From a virus (lineage: Duplodnaviria > Heunggongvirae > Uroviricota > Caudoviricetes): 64,000 bases of DNA. A model generated the notes under the pieces. It did not search any database. It was not told the DNA's origin and saw only the letters and a program-made list of their open reading frames with translations. Both the position numbers and the translations under genes were made by a program. The DNA is taken from IMG/VR virus record IMGVR_UViG_3300035396_000446, positions 35,006-99,005 of that record; one strand, written 5' to 3'. Below are positions 1 to 8,961 of this stretch, one piece after another (the first letter of the stretch is position 1; each line of letters starts with the position of its first letter).

Positions 1-344
1 GTAACAGTTTCTGTGATAAATCCACGGATAGATTTTGCAAGCTTTTTAACTTGGTCTTCATACTTTCCTTCGAAAAGTTGATTGACACTTTCTTTAAGTA
101 AGTCGATATTCTTATCATCTTTAACTTTCATCTCTTCCATGTTTTCAAAAGAAACATAGTCTGAGTCCACAGAATATGTAGCATAGTAAAATTTCTTATC
201 CACGCTCTCCATAATCAAACTTTTTGTTTCAGGGAAAGTAGCCAAAAGTTTTGCATTTTTAACCTTTGAGAAAGCCTCCTGTAAAATAAAAGTCTCTGAC
301 TGTTTTAAAATATTTATAAATTCATTATCAGAAATAGTTCGCAT
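1..344 (-). CDS. hypothetical protein, 5' portion only (ORF continues past window start)
   Basis: ATG at 344-342 with AGGAG 7 nt upstream. Frame stays open for 114 codons (MRTISDNEFINILKQSETF...) to position 1 with no stop. Sits directly downstream of the portal-like gene, so probably a head-module gene. Confidence 0.5.
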   Translation of the reverse strand, partial: MRTISDNEFINILKQSETFILQEAFSKVKNAKLLATFPETKSLIMESVDKKFYYATYSVDSDYVSFENMEEMKVKDDKNIDLLKESVNQLFEGKYEDQVKKLAKSIRGFITETV

Positions 345-361
345 CTGAAATCTCCTACATA

Positions 362-2338
362 TTAATTATTTTCTGTTAGTATCCCGGTATCTTCCATATA
401 ATCGACTATACCGTCTATTTCGTTCATTAGATTAAGCAAGGAATATCTATTCTCCTCTCTTATCATCTTCTCCATATTATCTTTATTTTCGAAAATATTT
501 TTTTCATTTTTAAATTTTTCGAAGGTTTCCATGAGCTCTGCGTACCTTTTTACCCTATATTCTAGTACTTTATGCTGTGAATCATCTATATGGTTCTCTA
601 CAAGCATTGTGTCTATTTTGTTAAGAGCTACAGATTCAATCGCCATATCTCCGCCTGCGTCCCCGCCAGGAACTTCGGGAGCCTCTGCTGCTCCGCCACT
701 TGTAAGGGCGTCCAAAGCTCCCATGTCAGTTTCAGCTCCGGGAGGAACATCCCCCGCGCCACCTTCTTCGCTTGGAGGTGGTCCTGACTCAGCCCCTCCA
801 CCAAAGAGATCTCCCATTCCGCCGCCGCCTGGGGCTCCACCCCCAGCACCGCCAGGAGCCTTATCCCCTCCGCCTTGTTGCATTTTCATAAGCTCTAACA
901 GATTCTCCGCCTCTTCAATAGGTAGACCAAATATTACTGTTAAAATCCATATGTCAGGAAATAAGTTTGTTCCTTTTGCAGAAGAAATAGCATTAAATCT
1001 AGCAGTCATAAACTCTAAATCTGCTTGCTTTTTAATATTAGACGCGGGGGTTAGTTTTATTACAAACTCTTTTATCTTCTCTGCGGAGAACTTCTTAAGA
1101 ATTAGGTGAACAATTGCTACTTTTTCAAGACCTCTCGTGTAAAATCGTCCAATTCTTTCGATCAATCTTGCAAATCTAACGTCAATAAGAGCTAGGTTTG
1201 ATTTTGATAAAGAAGCGTCTTCACTAAAAAATTGTAATGGGATTTTGAGAGCAAAAAAGAACTTCTTTTTAAAATATAGAACATCATCTATTTCTCCTAA
1301 GTTGGAAGCTCCAGCTAATTGTTGAACCGTATTATTTGTTTTACCTGCAAAGGTAGGTATGAAATAATCTTCTGATATAGAAATAGGATTTACTTCATAG
1401 TTCAATTTACCAGTAGATGAATTAAAATTACTTTTTTTTCTCATGCTTTGTCGCACTAACTCGGTATACTTCATACCATCAACGGGACCTAACTCACCAC
1501 AGTCAATGTTCCAAACTCTCTTTTCTGATGCTCTCGAATACCTATAAACAAGCATGGCATCTTCCATCATATTAAGATGTCTAATAGTTCTTCGAGAGGA
1601 TTCGAGGATCGATTTTCCATACGGAGTAAATCTAGCGTCTTCAATTCTAAAATGAACAATCCTGAATGGTGTTATGGTTCCACCATCAGAAAATTTATCA
1701 TCATCATAAATGGTTGTCCCATGGTCTTCTGATTGGTATTTTACTTTAGTGAATTTAATAATTCTATTTTTTTCTTCTATTCTTTGAATAGAAGCTGGGT
1801 CGATATAGTTCAAGTACAAAACACCTGGATCTTTTTTATTAAGAACTATTTCTTCAAATCTATTACCATACATACACATACTACGAACTTTATCCCAAGA
1901 GGTGTCATCTATCTTTAAAATTTGAAAGAATAGCTTCTCTAGCTCATCTTTCACATCTTTATGCTTGGTTTCTATTTTTGCTATGTGCCCATTGTCCCCA
2001 ATTTGAATAACCTCATCTGCTAAAAGGTCTAAGGCAGCAGATACTTCGGCCGTCCCTTCCATATTCTCGAACTCTCGGTATCTTTCAATAATAGAAGTGT
2101 TAAAATTAGAGTTTAAAGAACCCTCGGCATTTGTTAAATTATTGATAGATAGCTTATCAATATTATTCTTCTCACTGTTCTCATATCCTGTCAGAACTCT
2201 ATCATCTGCCCCGGTATTTATTTCAGTTCCAAAAAATCCTTTTTGATTTATATAACTCTGTAATTCTTTAAAAATAGTACCGTCAATAGAATTTTTATTC
2301 TCTGTTTGACTATTGCTTAAGTTTGTGTATGTTGGCAT
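362..2338 (-). CDS. putative portal protein with internal Gly/Pro-rich low-complexity insert
   Basis: 658-aa ORF co-directional with and 39 nt downstream of the terminase large subunit; size fits portals. No diagnostic motif recognised, so the call is positional. Contains a roughly 75-aa G/P/A-rich segment (GGGDKAPGGAGGGAPGGGGMG...). Confidence 0.4.
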   Translation of the reverse strand: MPTYTNLSNSQTENKNSIDGTIFKELQSYINQKGFFGTEINTGADDRVLTGYENSEKNNIDKLSINNLTNAEGSLNSNFNTSIIERYREFENMEGTAEVSAALDLLADEVIQIGDNGHIAKIETKHKDVKDELEKLFFQILKIDDTSWDKVRSMCMYGNRFEEIVLNKKDPGVLYLNYIDPASIQRIEEKNRIIKFTKVKYQSEDHGTTIYDDDKFSDGGTITPFRIVHFRIEDARFTPYGKSILESSRRTIRHLNMMEDAMLVYRYSRASEKRVWNIDCGELGPVDGMKYTELVRQSMRKKSNFNSSTGKLNYEVNPISISEDYFIPTFAGKTNNTVQQLAGASNLGEIDDVLYFKKKFFFALKIPLQFFSEDASLSKSNLALIDVRFARLIERIGRFYTRGLEKVAIVHLILKKFSAEKIKEFVIKLTPASNIKKQADLEFMTARFNAISSAKGTNLFPDIWILTVIFGLPIEEAENLLELMKMQQGGGDKAPGGAGGGAPGGGGMGDLFGGGAESGPPPSEEGGAGDVPPGAETDMGALDALTSGGAAEAPEVPGGDAGGDMAIESVALNKIDTMLVENHIDDSQHKVLEYRVKRYAELMETFEKFKNEKNIFENKDNMEKMIREENRYSLLNLMNEIDGIVDYMEDTGILTENN

Positions 2339-2376
2339 TTTTTATCCTAAAACAAAATATTCTGGTCTTCTAATAA

Positions 2377-4248
2377 CTACGTCTTAACGTCTGTCCAATT
2401 CTCGTCATCTTCATCATCATATCTAAGGATAGGGATAAGTGGGGCAAACATTGAATCGGATTCATCTATCGTTAAATTATCTTTAATTTTCTTCTGAGTT
2501 TTTTCACTAAATAAATCATAGTTATCATTATAGAATGATACAATTTCTGATTCCTGGAATAACTTCCATACTTTTTCTTCTACTAATTTTTGATCATCTT
2601 TTAAAGGTCTAACACTGAAAACTGACTGTCCTAAGTCCATTAACACTTCTCTTAAATGACAATAGATGCCCAAAGCTATAACTAAGTCATCATTGGCTCC
2701 TGCCGAAGCCTTCGCCTTCCCAGTTCGATCTTCCCAAATAAAACATAATAACTCATCTATTGTTCTTTTACTATTTATTTTTACTCTATCATTTTGGAAA
2801 CAATCAATTAAATCATTCACAAGAAGAGGTCTTGTTTTAGTGGAGGTTACCCAACCATAATCTCGATATGCTGCTTGCTTTCTCTTTCTTTTATAAATAT
2901 GAGATGTGGGATATTTCAGTGTCTTAAATATATGAGACATCACAGCAAGTCCTGGATTATTTATCTCTATTACTAACGTAGCAAGCCCGTAGTAATACCC
3001 TACTTTTACTAATACAGTCGCATAGTCAGGCGTATCCATTTTCTTTTTATACTCGGCAACTTGTTCGTAAGTTTCTAAATCAAATACATGGAATGAGGAA
3101 TAACTTTTAGAACCCGCCCCACAATCGGCAGTTATGGCGTATCTACCGCCTTCTTTTGGTTGTTTAAATATATGTAAATCATTTAAGACTTCTGTCTTTT
3201 TTGTTTCATAACTCACAATAGAGTGAGAGATAGGGTCTATTACTTTATAATTAAGAAGTTTTTCCTTATCTAAAACCGTGTCGCCTGCCACAAGCCACTT
3301 CTTACACACCTCTTGTAAGAAGATGTCTCTTGCTGTATTTTTAAATGCACCGTCTAGCCAAGCGGGATTCGTGATGTACTCGGGGACTTCCCACCAATCT
3401 ACCCCAATTAAATTAAAATCTGTATTTCCTTCCTCGGTTTGAGTAAGCATATTGTAATACCACTCACCCTTGCCCATATTGCCATTTCTTGTAGATATGA
3501 TAATAACTTTAGATTTGTCTGACTTAGCAATAGCATAGTAGGACCCTGCCCACATTTTCTTCATTCCCTCGATAAATGCAGCTTCATCAAAAACTAAGAT
3601 GGATAGGGACCCCGAACGAGACCCCTCTTCTTTTCGAGGTAATGATTTAACAGAGGAGCCATTTCCTAACGATAATCTATGAGCATTTGTAGGCGGAACA
3701 CTTCCAAAATGAGGGATTCGTCTGAACCACTCAGGTAGATTATCGTAGGTTCCTTTTAATTTCTCTAAAAAGGATTTTGAAACTTCATCATCTGTTGATA
3801 TTATCTCTATAAGTTGATCTTTGAAAAATAGTAGTTTATGCAGTAGTAGAGCTTGGGTTGCTATTGAAAATCCAACCTGCCTACATTTATCAGAAATAAT
3901 ATACTTACTTCTCATAAACTCATAATAATAATTCTGTTGATATAAGTACGGATTGTAATTCAAAAACCCTTCGGTTTGATCTTTTATTTTAAGGTGTCTA
4001 CAGAAATAAAGAATATTTTTCTTACAGAGTCTAATTTCTTCTTTTAGCCAAATCTCTGAACCAACTGGGTGAGGGTTTATAGAGACATCTAAGTCTTCTA
4101 AAGATAAATTTTGATATACTTTTTTTCGAGCTCTTTCTAAACCAAGGAAATATTCATCTTGAACTAACTCATTACAAAATTTGTGTTCTTTAGCTTTTGC
4201 GTAAAGTTTATCATAGTCTAATTGATAATAGTCAAAATAAGATATCAA
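2377..4248 (-). CDS. terL: terminase large subunit (ATPase plus nuclease domains)
   Basis: 623 aa. N-terminal ATPase half has the Walker-B/coupling motif SLSILVFDEAAF. C-terminal half is RNaseH-like with acidic clusters (ITADCGAGS, FHVFDLE). T4 gp17-like architecture. Confidence 0.8.
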   Translation of the reverse strand: MISYFDYYQLDYDKLYAKAKEHKFCNELVQDEYFLGLERARKKVYQNLSLEDLDVSINPHPVGSEIWLKEEIRLCKKNILYFCRHLKIKDQTEGFLNYNPYLYQQNYYYEFMRSKYIISDKCRQVGFSIATQALLLHKLLFFKDQLIEIISTDDEVSKSFLEKLKGTYDNLPEWFRRIPHFGSVPPTNAHRLSLGNGSSVKSLPRKEEGSRSGSLSILVFDEAAFIEGMKKMWAGSYYAIAKSDKSKVIIISTRNGNMGKGEWYYNMLTQTEEGNTDFNLIGVDWWEVPEYITNPAWLDGAFKNTARDIFLQEVCKKWLVAGDTVLDKEKLLNYKVIDPISHSIVSYETKKTEVLNDLHIFKQPKEGGRYAITADCGAGSKSYSSFHVFDLETYEQVAEYKKKMDTPDYATVLVKVGYYYGLATLVIEINNPGLAVMSHIFKTLKYPTSHIYKRKRKQAAYRDYGWVTSTKTRPLLVNDLIDCFQNDRVKINSKRTIDELLCFIWEDRTGKAKASAGANDDLVIALGIYCHLREVLMDLGQSVFSVRPLKDDQKLVEEKVWKLFQESEIVSFYNDNYDLFSEKTQKKIKDNLTIDESDSMFAPLIPILRYDDEDDENWTDVKT

Positions 4249-4266
4249 ATTGCGTACCCACTAGGA

Positions 4267-4306
4267 AATTTTTTATAAAAAAGTAAGGGTTTTACCCCTT
4301 ACTTTT
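4267..4306 (-). terminator. rho-independent terminator downstream of the 87-aa gene
   Basis: Minus-strand RNA reads AAAAGUAAGGG-GUAAAA-CCCUUACUUUU followed by UUAUAAAAAAUU: a perfect 11-bp stem, 6-nt loop and a U-tract. Lies between the stop at 4313 and the terL start. Confidence 0.6.
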
Positions 4307-4312
4307 ACCCAA

Positions 4313-4576
4313 TTACAGGACTCTAGAAGCAGTCGCAGATGCGGTTACTGCATAAAATGCGATAACATCTGAGTCTACCATAAAAGCTGTACCTGCTTCT
4401 CGGCCTTGAGCTGCGATTCCAGAAGAAACTGCATCGTAGACATTGAGCGCAACAAAAGGTGTTACTTTTTGAGCAATAGCTTTTGCTGATTGGTCTCTTT
4501 GTCCGGTGATACCGTCTCCAGTTTCGTATGCTGCTCCGAGAGCGGGGCTTTTGGGATTAGAATAAGATCGTGCCAT
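4313..4576 (-). CDS. small Ala/Gly/Ser-rich hypothetical protein (87 aa), locally GC-rich
   Basis: ORF with a strong GGAGGAG RBS about 8 nt upstream of the ATG. Composition and GC are atypical for the window. Followed by a strong intrinsic terminator. Confidence 0.5.
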   Translation of the reverse strand: MARSYSNPKSPALGAAYETGDGITGQRDQSAKAIAQKVTPFVALNVYDAVSSGIAAQGREAGTAFMVDSDVIAFYAVTASATASRVL

Positions 4577-4662
4577 GGCAATTCTCCTCCATAAAATTAT
4601 TTCGCTTTTAGCGTAATATTACATATTATCTTTAATAAACTTATTTTTTTTGTTTTTTTTTC

Positions 4663-5076
4663 TTATAACGGTTTTTTAACAGCGTTTAAAACTTGCTCGG
4701 TTAAATAAGAGTCCGTCATCATTTCTTTTGTTATGACTTTAAAAATCCAACCACGGATAACACAAAACCTTTCTGCGGCTTCGAATTTCTTTAAATTCAT
4801 TCGTGTTTTTAATTGATTCTTAGGTTTAATTTCTATTAGTAAGTTCCCATTAATGAGTAAGTCAGGGTAATATCTTTTACTTTTTCCAAAAAGAACATAT
4901 GGTATTACAATACACTCGGCTTCCCATCTTTTTACAAGTGGGCAATTGTCTAGCCATTGATATACTTTTAATTCCCAGGAAGACTTAAACTTACATAGTT
5001 TAGATGCTTTGGGGCTTCTGTACACACCTTGGAGCCAATTATTTTTTTGTGTTACTTGGAGTACTTTTCCTTCCAT
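4663..5076 (-). CDS. PD-(D/E)XK-fold nuclease (possible free-standing homing endonuclease or restriction-like nuclease)
   Basis: 137 aa with the motif YYPDLLINGNLLIEIKPK (PD...(E)IK) characteristic of PD-(D/E)XK nucleases. Located next to the terminase, as free-standing endonucleases often are in T4-like phages. Confidence 0.5.
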   Translation of the reverse strand: MEGKVLQVTQKNNWLQGVYRSPKASKLCKFKSSWELKVYQWLDNCPLVKRWEAECIVIPYVLFGKSKRYYPDLLINGNLLIEIKPKNQLKTRMNLKKFEAAERFCVIRGWIFKVITKEMMTDSYLTEQVLNAVKKPL

Positions 5077-5078
5077 GA

Positions 5079-5519
5079 TTATTCTTGATTTTTCTTTATC
5101 TTATCCATTACCGAGTTTGCGGGAGTATCTTCATCAAAGATATCCAAACCAATAGAGGAGAAATCAGTGGACGTATTCTTAACAGGTGCGTTTTCTGCAA
5201 CAATCTTAGCTAGTTGTACTAATTTGTCAGAACTAGTCTGTATGGCCTTCTGAGCCTCTGTGAGAGCTGTAAACATAGCCGCTCCCTTCTTATCAGAAGT
5301 TCTAACTATGTTTTGAATATTTTGAAAGTTTAAAACGGCTCTCTTTCTATCTTCCATTAGAAGTTCATAAACTCTTTTAACAACATCATTAGACTCAAAG
5401 GTTTTCGGTAAGGAGAAGTCCCCGACAATATCTTCAAAACTCATATTAGCATCTATGCTGTGAAACTCCCCGTCATCGTCATCAATAAGAGCTGGTTTAA
5501 TCAAATCTGTTCTTCTCAT
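5079..5519 (-). CDS. hypothetical protein
   Basis: 146-aa ORF, co-directional and tightly packed; no recognisable motif. Confidence 0.4.
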   Translation of the reverse strand: MRRTDLIKPALIDDDDGEFHSIDANMSFEDIVGDFSLPKTFESNDVVKRVYELLMEDRKRAVLNFQNIQNIVRTSDKKGAAMFTALTEAQKAIQTSSDKLVQLAKIVAENAPVKNTSTDFSSIGLDIFDEDTPANSVMDKIKKNQE

Positions 5520-5530
5520 GTGGTGCTACC

Positions 5531-5998
5531 TTATAATTTTAAATGTTTATTACTTTTGAACTCGTTTATCGTTGGATGTATCTCTTGTATTTTCAATGCA
5601 AGTTTCTTTACTTTTTTATCTAAGGTAATATTTTCAGGCTTTAGAATATTATCACCATAAATAAAGCAGCTATAGTACTCTATGTTCTTATGTTCTTTTT
5701 TCGCCCCATCTACGTGAAAGGAGTAGCTTTTTTCTCTCCCATGCAGTACAACAGCAAACCATCCTAACTCTTGGATAACGCCTTCAACCTCAATTTTCTC
5801 TTTTGGAATAGATAAACCATATTTCGAGTGAATCCAATCATAATTGTTCTTTATATAATCTTCTAGAGAATCACCAATCTTAGCGTCTGTAAAAAGCTCT
5901 AGCCTATTATTTGCCCACATTTTTTTTACAATAGACTTATTTTCCTGAGAAACAGAAACCTTTTCAATATACTCATTTAATAACATAGAATCCCTCAT
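5531..5998 (-). CDS. hypothetical protein
   Basis: 155-aa ORF; stop overlaps the upstream gene start (ATGA-type junction); no motif recognised. Confidence 0.4.
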   Translation of the reverse strand: MRDSMLLNEYIEKVSVSQENKSIVKKMWANNRLELFTDAKIGDSLEDYIKNNYDWIHSKYGLSIPKEKIEVEGVIQELGWFAVVLHGREKSYSFHVDGAKKEHKNIEYYSCFIYGDNILKPENITLDKKVKKLALKIQEIHPTINEFKSNKHLKL

Positions 5999-6675
5999 AA
6001 AAGAGGATGTTTGCCATGTATATAATACTTATGGAACAAAACAGAACTATCCTCTATTTCTTTTAAAACTTTTCGAATATAAGAATGAGTTACACCAAAA
6101 CTTTTAGTATAATTAATAAATTCCTTTTTATTAAAACTATTAGCCTGAATTCCTATATACCTCTTAAGTAACTTTATTATTTTCAATTTTTTTGGAACAG
6201 AATGGAATAAGCAATACTCTAGATACTTGAAAAACTCAGGTATATCATGAGCATCCAGGCAAGACAGGATAACGTCCCAATCCGAAGTTTTTGCATGTTG
6301 CATATCCTGGATAGTGGTGGTCTCTGAGAAATAATTTCTTTTTTTATATTTACTTTCTTTTAAAGTTATGAATAATAGGTGCTTTTTTACTACATTTGAG
6401 AAGAACTTATGAGCAAGATTTGATTTGTGTTTCCATTTTATTGGGTCGAAACTTTCTATTGCTTTTAAACAGGCGCAAGCAGCCTCCCCTTGTAAATCCT
6501 CTAGTGCAGCGAATCTCCAAAACCGATATAAGTTTATAATAGCGTTTATAATAAGCTGAATATCTACCATTGCCAAATTTCTATACGTAATATCCCCTGT
6601 TATCTTATACTGAGCAAGAAGATTTTCTACCTTCCGACTATCGAAATAATTTTTACTTCTTACTTTTTCATCCAT
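5995..6675 (-). CDS. putative late-transcription sigma factor, T4 gp55-like (sigma-70 region 2 only)
   Basis: 226 aa. The segment NLAMVDIQLIINAIINLYRF...GEAACACLKAIESFDPIKWKHKSNLAHKFFSNVVKKHLLFITLKESK tracks T4 gp55 (GLAIMLIAEGLSKRF...[44 protein letters not shown]). Sits just upstream of the structural genes. Confidence 0.5.
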   Translation of the reverse strand: MDEKVRSKNYFDSRKVENLLAQYKITGDITYRNLAMVDIQLIINAIINLYRFWRFAALEDLQGEAACACLKAIESFDPIKWKHKSNLAHKFFSNVVKKHLLFITLKESKYKKRNYFSETTTIQDMQHAKTSDWDVILSCLDAHDIPEFFKYLEYCLFHSVPKKLKIIKLLKRYIGIQANSFNKKEFINYTKSFGVTHSYIRKVLKEIEDSSVLFHKYYIHGKHPLL

Positions 6676-6704
6676 GCGTTAATTCCTTATAGTATTAAAC
6701 TACG

Positions 6705-7172
6705 TTATGTGTGGCTAATAAAGAATGCCAAGGATTCCGATATTGTTTTGTTGCTGATATTATCATTAAGCTTATCTTCGCTATTCTCCGTATCTTCTAT
6801 ATTTTTCTCAAGTTCCTCAATGCTCCCATTTACACCTGGGTATGAGTATTTTATAAAATGTCTTTGCACTTTATTTTTAGCACCGGATAGATTATTAATT
6901 ATAGATAATTGAAATGGCTTACCTTTAACCTGAATTGTGAAGTTATTTATTTTTTTTAATAGCTCATGTGCTTTATCTTCTGTATCAATACCTAATTCTT
7001 TGATAATTTTAAAAATACCTACGACCTCTGCTCCAGACCTGAAATAGTTATCGATTAAATTATCTTTTTCATAATCTTTCGACTTTATCTCCTCTCCTAT
7101 ACTTACCGTTATCGTATATATTCTTTCTTGTTTTTCTTGTAACTGTTCTAGTAAACTTTTAAAAAATTTCAT
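6705..7172 (-). CDS. hypothetical protein
   Basis: 155-aa ORF, acidic C-terminal half; no motif. Confidence 0.4.
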   Translation of the reverse strand: MKFFKSLLEQLQEKQERIYTITVSIGEEIKSKDYEKDNLIDNYFRSGAEVVGIFKIIKELGIDTEDKAHELLKKINNFTIQVKGKPFQLSIINNLSGAKNKVQRHFIKYSYPGVNGSIEELEKNIEDTENSEDKLNDNISNKTISESLAFFISHT

Positions 7173-7175
7173 AAT

Positions 7176-7577
7176 TTAATCCTCTTCTGTCCAATTTGCG
7201 CAACAATTTTCTACGGGAAGCTCTTTAAAAGCTCCCTCACATGTACATTTTGTTTCATTAAGATACAGACAATTCTGACAACACCATTCTTCTCTTGGGT
7301 GATAAGTAACATCAAACAATTGGTCTATATCTTTCAAGACGGACAAATCCTGCCCGTCTTCTCTATTATACTTTAAAATAAACTGATTTTTCCCACGAGA
7401 AATACTTTTTATAGGGTATGGGAGATAAAAGTTTTCTATAAAATCATTAAGGTGTCTATAAAAAGAGTAAGTCTCATCTAAGAAATAATCTTGAAAAGCA
7501 CATATGAAAAAATACTGAGTGATGTTGTCTGCACTTACTACGTGCTTTATTTTAACACCTACTTGAAGAACTTTCAT
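7176..7577 (-). CDS. hypothetical Cys-rich protein
   Basis: 133 aa; C-terminal cluster CCQNCLYLNETKCTCEG...CCANW suggests a metal-binding module. Confidence 0.4.
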   Translation of the reverse strand: MKVLQVGVKIKHVVSADNITQYFFICAFQDYFLDETYSFYRHLNDFIENFYLPYPIKSISRGKNQFILKYNREDGQDLSVLKDIDQLFDVTYHPREEWCCQNCLYLNETKCTCEGAFKELPVENCCANWTEED

Positions 7578-7867
7578 TCTTGACCTGTTACCGTTTCAGA
7601 AAATTTATTATCTTCTGCTTTTATTTTGTCTATGAACTTCTTATAATCAGACAAAGTAGTTAGCATTCCATCTGGAATAACATCTCGACCATTAAAAATA
7701 TGATCCTCAACTATTGTCTCGAAATCTGACAAATCTAACTCATCGAAAAAAGATATTAAGTTATTATACCTATAAAAATCAGATTCAGTAAAGTTTACAA
7801 CTTTCCCCTGTAGTTTGAAAAAGTGAGTAAGACATACATATAGCTGGCTATCTGTATTTTTCTCCAT
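7574..7867 (-). CDS. hypothetical protein
   Basis: 97-aa ORF with overlapping start and stop junctions to both neighbours. Confidence 0.4.
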   Translation of the reverse strand: MEKNTDSQLYVCLTHFFKLQGKVVNFTESDFYRYNNLISFFDELDLSDFETIVEDHIFNGRDVIPDGMLTTLSDYKKFIDKIKAEDNKFSETVTGQE

Positions 7868-8901
7868 TATATATCCAATAATTCATCCGAATTTATATTT
7901 GATACTTTTTTAGATTTATTTTCTTTTTTTAGGCCTTTGATTTGGTCTTGTACCTCTTTTAGTCTTTGACCAAGTAAAGTATCGGGGAGCGGTAGTCCAT
8001 TTATTAAAATATAACAAGCATCTTGCCCATCCTCGCAGTCTGACTCTGCAACGATTTTAAAGTAAGGCACCCACATATTTAATTTCTCCAATACAGAGAT
8101 TGTTATAGGTTTTTTTGTTTTAAAAAGAACAATTGCTTTTTTACCCTTAGATAAATCGAAATCTATAGATAAGCTATCGGGACCATTCTTTAGACTTAGT
8201 TCAAATATATTTAGAAATCCATGGTATTGTTTGTCTGGATATACAATTCTTTTAAACTCTTCTTTGTCTAAAGATTTTAAACCATTTAACTTGGGATTAC
8301 CTCTGAAGCTATCGAAATCGAACATTTTAATGCAAGCATCTACAATCTTGCTATTTACATCATACCATGTGAAGCCACCACCTTTCCCAAGATGCTTCTG
8401 ATAATCATCATTATTCACTATAACAGCAGTTATTAAACCATTCTCAATGTAATCTGTATTTATTTTTTGTAACAAAGCCAATGCATTTGAGCACGACGGA
8501 TTGCCCTCTAGAGATAAAGGAAGAATCATTGTTGTTTTAACAGTAATGTTCATCTGCAATAAGATGTCTATAATGAAAGGTAACGATCCAGACCCTGTTC
8601 CACCGCCAAGACCCGCAAAAATATTAACTTCATCTACTTCTGTGTCATCCAATAGAACTTGTTTCAAAAAATCTTGAACCTTATCCCTTACCTCAGAGAA
8701 AATCTCAACTGTTTTTTTGGGATTCCTACCTGACCCTTCACCCTTTCCTACTACTAATTTAATAGCAGAGGGTTCGGTTATCTTATTAAGATCGTCCTTT
8801 GCAGTATTTAAAAGTATCAATTTATATTTTCTACGAGTTTTGTTAAAATATTGTACCGCGACGTTACAACCTGACTCACCTAATCCAATAATGGCTTCCA
8901 T
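7867..8901 (-). CDS. FtsZ/tubulin-superfamily GTPase (phage TubZ/PhuZ/FtsZ-like)
   Basis: 344 aa with the G-box IIGLGESGCNVAV, LLNTAKDDL (FtsZ NTD-like), VVGKGEGSGRNP (T3-like), the tubulin/FtsZ signature AGLGGGTGSGSLPFI (GGGTG[ST]G), then TVKTTMILPLSLEG and a VNNDD T7-like loop. RBS AAGGA upstream of the ATG. Confidence 0.8.
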   Translation of the reverse strand: MEAIIGLGESGCNVAVQYFNKTRRKYKLILLNTAKDDLNKITEPSAIKLVVGKGEGSGRNPKKTVEIFSEVRDKVQDFLKQVLLDDTEVDEVNIFAGLGGGTGSGSLPFIIDILLQMNITVKTTMILPLSLEGNPSCSNALALLQKINTDYIENGLITAVIVNNDDYQKHLGKGGGFTWYDVNSKIVDACIKMFDFDSFRGNPKLNGLKSLDKEEFKRIVYPDKQYHGFLNIFELSLKNGPDSLSIDFDLSKGKKAIVLFKTKKPITISVLEKLNMWVPYFKIVAESDCEDGQDACYILINGLPLPDTLLGQRLKEVQDQIKGLKKENKSKKVSNINSDELLDI

Positions 8902-8917
8902 ATATATTCCTTATCAA

Positions 8918-8941
8918 AAGACGCACTTTCTAGTGCGTCTT
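8918..8941. terminator. intercistronic stem-loop between the 1193-aa gene and the FtsZ-like gene
   Basis: 9-bp perfect stem AAGACGCAC/GTGCGTCTT with a 6-nt loop. T-runs follow on the plus side and a short U-run on the minus side. Possible attenuator or processing site. Confidence 0.35.
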
Positions 8942-8961
8942 CATCTTTTTTAATTACGATA

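Noticed and set aside
311-318. T4-late-promoter consensus TATAAATA on the minus strand (plus TATTTATA)
   Set aside because: It lies 24-31 nt downstream of the ATG of the gene at 344, inside coding sequence, with no gene start at an appropriate distance downstream. Probably coincidental.
531-1109. 192-aa plus-strand Pro/Ala-rich ORF (also 590-787 and 628-849)
   Set aside because: It lies entirely antisense within the portal-like gene. Its proline richness is simply the reverse complement of the Gly-rich GC island (GGN versus CCN codons). No RBS; against the gene orientation.
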